Positions 50,780-55,962 of a stretch of DNA of 55,962 nucleotides are shown here, piece after piece. The first letter of the stretch is position 1. Each line of letters opens with the position of its first letter. The position numbers were made by a program, and so were the translations under genes. The notes beneath the pieces are model-generated. The model searched no databases and was not told where the DNA came from. It saw nothing but the letters and a program-made list of their open reading frames with translations. The DNA comes from Rikenellaceae bacterium DTU001 (GTDB lineage: Bacteria > Bacteroidota > Bacteroidia > Bacteroidales > DTU049), in assembly GCA_001512885.1 (NCBI GenBank), contig LFSZ01000097.1:872-56833 (forward strand). The letters are read 5' to 3'.

Positions 50780-52204
50780 ATGAAGAATTTTTTTCTTTTT
50801 AGTATTCTATTCTATATTTCAATAAATATATTTTCACAGCAAGAATGGTCTTTGGAGCAATGTATTCAATATGGAGTGCAGAATAGTTTAAATATTAAAA
50901 ACCAAGCACTGAATGCAGAGATTGCCAAAGCTAACCATCTACAGAGCAAACTAGCGTTATTACCAGATATCCATGCTGCAGCTACTCATAGCTATAATTA
51001 TGGCAAAGTCGTAGATCCTTTTACTAATGACTTTGCAATGGATAGAATACAAACTAATAATTTTTATTTAGCATCTTCAATAGTACTTTTTAATGGATTG
51101 AAATTATTAAATAATATCAAAGAGCAGATGAGCAATACTAATACTGCTGAGCTATTATTGAAAAAAACTGAAAATGATGTGATGCTAAACATTGCCACAC
51201 TGTATCTGCAAGTGATATTTGATAGCTTAAACATAAGCACTATACATCAACAAGTAATTCTATCAGAGTTGCAAGTAAATCGAGCTGAATTACTCTATGA
51301 GAGCGGCTCTATCTCAGAAGACAATTTATTAAATTTGCAAGCACAGTTAGCCTCTGAACAATCTAATCTAATAACAGCTGAGGGCAGATATGAGCTTGAT
51401 TTGTTAGCTCTCAAACAAGCTATGTATTACAATGACACTGTACCTTTAAAAATTAAAATTCCTACAGATCTACAACCCATCATAGATAAGCACGTCAATA
51501 TTCCACCCTTAGATACTATACTTTTATATGCATTCAATAATTTACCGGATATCAAAGTTGCAGAATGGCAATTGCAGTCAGCTAAATACTCATTTAAAGC
51601 TGCTAAAGGTAATTTTTCTCCTACCCTTTCATTATCACTATCGTATGGCACTGGTTATTCTACTGCTTCTAAGCAAATTACCGAATATGAATATAGTGGT
51701 TATGATACTATAGGTATCACTACTGGCACTCCACCAAATTTTGTACTCGCTCCTCATCTTAATTATAATTATCAAACTATCCCTTTTAAAAATCAATTAA
51801 ATGATAACATAAATCAATCTTTGGGGCTTAGCCTTCAGATACCCATTTTTAATAGAGGTATATACCATAATCAATATCAGATTGGCAAAATAAATTTACA
51901 AATAGCTGAAAATAATTTAGAACAAACTAAATTAAATCTGCAAAACATTATAGAACAAGCTTATTATGATATGGTAGCTGCAGAGAAAAAATTAGATGCT
52001 AGAAATCTTTATCTAAAAGCTCAAAAGATTGCTTATTACAATCAGCAAGAAAGATTCGAACTTGGCCTAATTAGTAGTATAGATTTTATGAATAGCAAAA
52101 ATCAATATACACAAGCTGAAATACAACAGTTACAAGCTAGTGTAGAATTACTTTTTCGTTATATAATCTTAGATTTTTATCAAGGTAAATCATTATCACT
52201 ATGA
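50780..52204 (+). CDS. TolC-family outer-membrane efflux protein
   Basis: 474 aa. Signal peptide, then two tandem OEP repeats with the characteristic coiled-coil heptads (..LNLQNIIEQAYYDMVAAEKKL..). Confidence 0.85.
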   Translation: MKNFFLFSILFYISINIFSQQEWSLEQCIQYGVQNSLNIKNQALNAEIAKANHLQSKLALLPDIHAAATHSYNYGKVVDPFTNDFAMDRIQTNNFYLASSIVLFNGLKLLNNIKEQMSNTNTAELLLKKTENDVMLNIATLYLQVIFDSLNISTIHQQVILSELQVNRAELLYESGSISEDNLLNLQAQLASEQSNLITAEGRYELDLLALKQAMYYNDTVPLKIKIPTDLQPIIDKHVNIPPLDTILLYAFNNLPDIKVAEWQLQSAKYSFKAAKGNFSPTLSLSLSYGTGYSTASKQITEYEYSGYDTIGITTGTPPNFVLAPHLNYNYQTIPFKNQLNDNINQSLGLSLQIPIFNRGIYHNQYQIGKINLQIAENNLEQTKLNLQNIIEQAYYDMVAAEKKLDARNLYLKAQKIAYYNQQERFELGLISSIDFMNSKNQYTQAEIQQLQASVELLFRYIILDFYQGKSLSL

Positions 52205-53496
52205 AAAATAATAAAAAAACAAAACGTATTTTAATAATATCAGGAGTTTCTCTATTAGTATTAGTAATAATTTTAAGAGCTATTGGTGTGATAGGAGGTA
52301 GCAATGGATTAGAAGTAGCAGTAGAGAAAACTATACGCAGAAATATTACCGAAACTATCACCGCTAGTGGCAAGATACAACCAGTGAAAGAAGTAAAAAT
52401 AAGTCCTGATGTGAGTGGAGAAATAATTGAAATCTTAGTGAAAGAAGGTGATAAAGTGAAAGCTGGTCAAGTATTAGCTAAAATAAATACTGATATTTAT
52501 AAAGCTACCTACGAACAAGCTTCTGCGCAATTACAAGCTCAGAAAGCTAATTTAGCTAATACTGAAGCTAGACTAAAGCAGACAGAAGCCCAGCTATTAA
52601 ATGCTCAATTAAATTTCAATCGTCAAAAACAATTATATGAAAAAGGAGCCATCTCTTCATCTGAATATGAAACTGCTGAAACTAATTACAAAGTAGCTAA
52701 AGCAGAATATGAGGCTGCTAAACAAAGTGTAAAAGCCGCTGAATTTACCGTGGCTAGCGTAGAGGCATCTATGGATGAAGCTCTTAAAAATTTGAATCGT
52801 ACTACTATTATAGCACCCCTTTCTGGTGTAGTTACTAAACTAAGTGTAGAAGTAGGCGAAAGAGTGGCAGGTGCTTCTCAATTTAGCCCTGGTACAGAGG
52901 TTATCCGCATTGCAGATATGAATGAATTAGAAATAGTAGTTACAGTTAATGAATTAGAAATTGTACGTATTCACCAAAATGATACAGCTAATATTACACT
53001 AGATGCTTATGATGATTACACTTTCAAAGGCATTGTTACAGATATGGCTATTTCTACAATTAATACTTTATCTCTTACGTCTGCTGATGAAGTGAGTACT
53101 TATGAGGTAAAAATAAGATTATTACCATCATCTTATCAAAATCTTTTAACAAATACTGAAACCCCATATCCTTTTCGTCCTGGTATGTCTGCTTATGTAG
53201 AAATAATCACCAAAAAAGCTTTTAATGTCATTGCAGTGCCCATAGCTGCCGTTACTGTGAAAACTGATACCGCTACTATGAAGCTTAATGAGGTGGTTTT
53301 TGTAGTTAATAAAGATAATAAGGTAGAAAAAAGAAATGTTAAAACTGGTATCCAAGATAATCAATACATTGAAATAATAGATGGTATAAAAGAAAATGAA
53401 AATGTGGTTATAGCTCCTTATTCATTAATTACTAATATTTTAAAAGGCGATGAATCTGTTACTATTGTTAGTAAATCTAAACTCTACCAGAAATGA
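52201..53496 (+). CDS. Efflux periplasmic adaptor (HlyD/MacA-type membrane fusion protein)
   Basis: 431 aa. N-terminal anchor, lipoyl-like motif (VKEGDKVKAGQVLAKI), a long Q/A-rich coiled-coil hairpin, a beta-barrel domain (IIAPLSGVVTKLSVEVGE). ATGA overlap with the TolC stop. Confidence 0.85.
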   Translation: MKNNKKTKRILIISGVSLLVLVIILRAIGVIGGSNGLEVAVEKTIRRNITETITASGKIQPVKEVKISPDVSGEIIEILVKEGDKVKAGQVLAKINTDIYKATYEQASAQLQAQKANLANTEARLKQTEAQLLNAQLNFNRQKQLYEKGAISSSEYETAETNYKVAKAEYEAAKQSVKAAEFTVASVEASMDEALKNLNRTTIIAPLSGVVTKLSVEVGERVAGASQFSPGTEVIRIADMNELEIVVTVNELEIVRIHQNDTANITLDAYDDYTFKGIVTDMAISTINTLSLTSADEVSTYEVKIRLLPSSYQNLLTNTETPYPFRPGMSAYVEIITKKAFNVIAVPIAAVTVKTDTATMKLNEVVFVVNKDNKVEKRNVKTGIQDNQYIEIIDGIKENENVVIAPYSLITNILKGDESVTIVSKSKLYQK

Positions 53497-54197
53497 AATA
53501 TATCTTAATAATTGAAACTTCAGACAAAGCTAATTCTATTGCTATATGTGATAGTAATGGAAAACTGATAAATTATAAAGATGAAATTTCCGATAATTTT
53601 ACTCACATAGAATTGCTACATGTGAGTATAGATAAATTATTTAATGAATGCGGCATAGCTTTTTCAGATTTATGTGCTATAGCAGTGAGTAGTGGTCCAG
53701 GCAGCTACACTGGACTACGTATAGGTGTGTCTTCTGCCAAAGGCTATGCATATGCTCTTGATATCCCATTAATTAGCTTACCTACTTTAGAATTGTTGGC
53801 TAATGGGATGATAGATCATATAGATGAAAAGAATGAAAATATCATTTTGATACCAACAATAGATGCCAGACGTATGGAAGTTTACATGCAAATGTTTGAT
53901 TATCAAATACATGCTATCACTGAACCATCTGCTGAAATAATTAATGAGCTGTATTTTTCTAAGTTTCTCAAAGATAAAATATACTATTGGGGTGGGTCAG
54001 GTGCTGAAAAATTATCAGATTTTTTCCCTGATAATCATAAATTAGTACATCAGGTGCAATATCCATTAGCTCGTTATGGTGTTTCTATAGCTATAGATAA
54101 ATACAATACCCATCAATATGAAGATATAGCATATTTCGAACCTTTTTATCTGAAAGAATTTATTCCAGGAAAACCACGTGTGAAAGGACTAGAATAA
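53493..54197 (+). CDS. tsaB: tRNA t6A37 biosynthesis protein TsaB (YeaZ)
   Basis: 234 aa. ILIIETSDKANSIAI and AIAVSSGPGSYTGLRIGVSSAKGYAYALDIPLI, the ASKHA-fold YeaZ signature. ATGA overlap with the upstream adaptor gene. Confidence 0.85.
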   Translation: MKYILIIETSDKANSIAICDSNGKLINYKDEISDNFTHIELLHVSIDKLFNECGIAFSDLCAIAVSSGPGSYTGLRIGVSSAKGYAYALDIPLISLPTLELLANGMIDHIDEKNENIILIPTIDARRMEVYMQMFDYQIHAITEPSAEIINELYFSKFLKDKIYYWGGSGAEKLSDFFPDNHKLVHQVQYPLARYGVSIAIDKYNTHQYEDIAYFEPFYLKEFIPGKPRVKGLE

Positions 54198-54304
54198 AGA
54201 CTTAGTCTTTAATAAAAAATAAAAATTCTAAGTTTTTTAAATAAATTTTAATAGTAAAGATATAAACAATAAAAGCATAGTGAATATAAATGAGACTTAT
54301 TATT

Positions 54305-55384
54305 CTATTTCATTCCTTTGTCTCTAACTCTTGGGTCTAATATTAGATACAATAAATCTACTATTAAAGTTACTATAATAAATAATAATGCAACAATAAA
54401 TATTCCTGCTTTCAATACAGGCAAATCATAATTTTGTAAGCTTTCTACTATCAGACTCCCCATACCTTTCCAATTAAAAACATATTCTACAAATACTGAT
54501 CCTGCAAGTAACGATGCAAACCAACCACTAGCAGATGTAATTAATGGATTGATGGCTGATGGTAAAACATGATGGCACATTATATTGTAACTTGATAGTC
54601 CTTTAGCATGTGCAGTTTTTATATAATCAGTATTTAATACTTCTAGCATAGAATTTCTAATTAATGGCACAAAAACTGCTAATGGTCTGATAGATAATGT
54701 GAATGCTGGTAATATCAAATTTTGCCATTTTACATATGTACTATACGTTAACTCATTTACTTCTATTAGGTTGCCATGCATAGATAAGCAAGTAATATCA
54801 TGTAACAAATAACCAAAAATCCAAGCTATCAATAAGGCTGCAAAAAATGAAGGCAAAGACATTCCAATAGAGCTAAAAACTATTATCAACCTATCAATCC
54901 AGGTATTTGCTTTTAACGCTGATATACTTCCTAAAATTATAGATAAAACCAAAGCTACAAGCATTGTTACTATAGCTAAAATTAATGTTAATGGAAATGC
55001 TTCCTTTATTAGTTGCCATACGGGCTGTCCGCTGATATAGGATTCGTGAAAAACTATGGGTTTAAAACCTAAGTTTACTTTATTTAATTTAATAATTGTT
55101 AAGGATTTCTCTGTATAAACATTATCATAATAGAATGTATTTTCTCTATTATTTGAATAAAAGCCAAGCGGACTGATATCGTTCAAGTATTTTACATATT
55201 GAATATAAAGTGGCTTATCTAAACCTAATTTTTTTAGTATCGCTTCCTCAGTAGCTACATCACTCCTTTGTCCCATAATCAATCTAACAGGATCAGAAGG
55301 TAATAAATTAAATAAAATAAATAAAAAAGTTAATACTCCCCATATTAAAAGTATTATATAGCCTAACTTTCTGAATAATAACAT
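54305..55384 (-). CDS. ABC transporter permease, OppB/DppB-type
   Basis: 359 aa. N-terminal ..LLPSDPVRLIMGQ.. and LGLDKPLYIQY typical of DppB/OppB, with a BPD_transp_1 core carrying the EAA-like loop DYIKTAHAKGLS. Confidence 0.8.
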   Translation of the reverse strand: MLLFRKLGYIILLIWGVLTFLFILFNLLPSDPVRLIMGQRSDVATEEAILKKLGLDKPLYIQYVKYLNDISPLGFYSNNRENTFYYDNVYTEKSLTIIKLNKVNLGFKPIVFHESYISGQPVWQLIKEAFPLTLILAIVTMLVALVLSIILGSISALKANTWIDRLIIVFSSIGMSLPSFFAALLIAWIFGYLLHDITCLSMHGNLIEVNELTYSTYVKWQNLILPAFTLSIRPLAVFVPLIRNSMLEVLNTDYIKTAHAKGLSSYNIMCHHVLPSAINPLITSASGWFASLLAGSVFVEYVFNWKGMGSLIVESLQNYDLPVLKAGIFIVALLFIIVTLIVDLLYLILDPRVRDKGMK

Positions 55385-55626
55385 TGTTTCTGATCATTAA
55401 TAGATTACAAAATAAATAAAATATTTTTATTATTTTAAATTAAAATAATGGTGATTAATTTTTTTATAGCTATTACATACAATTAATAATAATTTAATAA
55501 TAATTTTTTTTAGAAGATTCTGTATAAATCACAATGCTTATGTATTGAGTAGATAAAGTTTAAAAACTGTTATAAGGTTTTGTAAGAAGTGCTTAATTGA
55601 AAGTAAACGTATTTTGAAATTATCCT

Positions 55627-55962
55627 TTGTTTTACTTTACGTATTTTATACTACCATCAAATAATTTTTATTTAATTTTACAAAAAAATAATTATGGATA
55701 ACTTCAATCTATTAGATTATCAGGCTCTACCCAAAGAGCAGAAACGTAGATTTCTAGATAATCTATATCAATTTTTATTAGAAAACAACTACACAGCTGT
55801 AGATTATCAGAAGCTAAAAATACAAAGCACAGCCCCCATTTGCCCCAGATGCAAGAGTGAAAATGTAATAAAAGCTGGAGTACGCGATGGCAAACAAGTA
55901 TACAAATGCAAAGATTGCGGCCGACAATACCGCGAAACAGCCAGAACCTTCGTATATCGCAT
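55627..55962 (+). mobile_element. IS1595-family insertion sequence, copy A-right (partial; continues beyond the right window edge)
   Basis: Inverted relative to copy A-left, with the same terminus (TTGTTTTACTTTACGTATTTTATACTACC...) and the same 67-nt leader. Confidence 0.8.
55694..55962 (+). CDS. IS1595-family transposase, N-terminal 89 codons, partial
   Basis: Absent from the ORF track because there is no in-window stop. Its translation MDNFNLLDYQALPKEQKRRFLDNLYQFLLENNYTAVDYQKLKIQSTAPICPRCKSENVIKAGVRDGKQVYKCKDCGRQYRETARTFVYR is identical to that of the left copy. Confidence 0.85.
   Translation, partial: MDNFNLLDYQALPKEQKRRFLDNLYQFLLENNYTAVDYQKLKIQSTAPICPRCKSENVIKAGVRDGKQVYKCKDCGRQYRETARTFVYR

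Noticed and set aside
1-55962. Composite transposon formed by the two flanking IS copies
   Set aside because: The intervening 55 kb is core chromosome (dnaA, purL, clpX, lnt, coaE, tsaB). The IS copies are about 5% diverged, and only their inner ends are visible. This is far more likely two independent insertions than a mobile composite.

Overview
This is a strongly AT-rich Bacteroidota-type chromosomal segment that contains the dnaA locus. The phylum call rests on T9SS C-terminal sorting domains, TAnnTTTG -7 promoter boxes and DUF4270 / PorT-like / LptD-like envelope genes.

**Gene content.** There are about 45 protein-coding genes, mostly housekeeping:
- Core functions: dnaA, purL, clpX, a PGK-family gene, coaE, lnt, tsaB, radC and hldD.
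- LPS and envelope glycosylation genes.
- Three T9SS-sorted secreted proteins, one of them a C10 cysteine protease.
- An amino-acid-fermentation set: iorAB, ptb-buk, a methionine-gamma-lyase-like enzyme and an SDR-type threonine-dehydrogenase-like enzyme.

**Mobile DNA.**
- Two inverted, outward-reading copies of an IS1595-family IS bracket the window. Both are cut by the window edges, so they are missing from the ORF track.
- A second, diverged IS1595-family element is complete at about 13282-14360.
- A 184-bp MITE built from the first IS's terminal repeats lies at 31331-31514.
- A 290-bp TIR-bounded element carrying inverted arrays of CACAAAG-type units lies at 19822-20111.

**Decayed genes.** A GT-C-like membrane protein gene is frameshifted (44122-45935). 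A GT2 gene is truncated (48211-48572) and abuts an unexplained GC-rich, hairpin-dense island (48057-48170).

**What I did not find.** I see no rRNA, tRNA or CRISPR array. I also found no convincing novel multi-gene system and no defence-island-like cluster. The most unusual signals are the non-coding and mobile-DNA features listed under findings.

**Limits.** All calls come from reading motifs in the translations and the nucleotide sequence by eye. No searches or folding programs were run.
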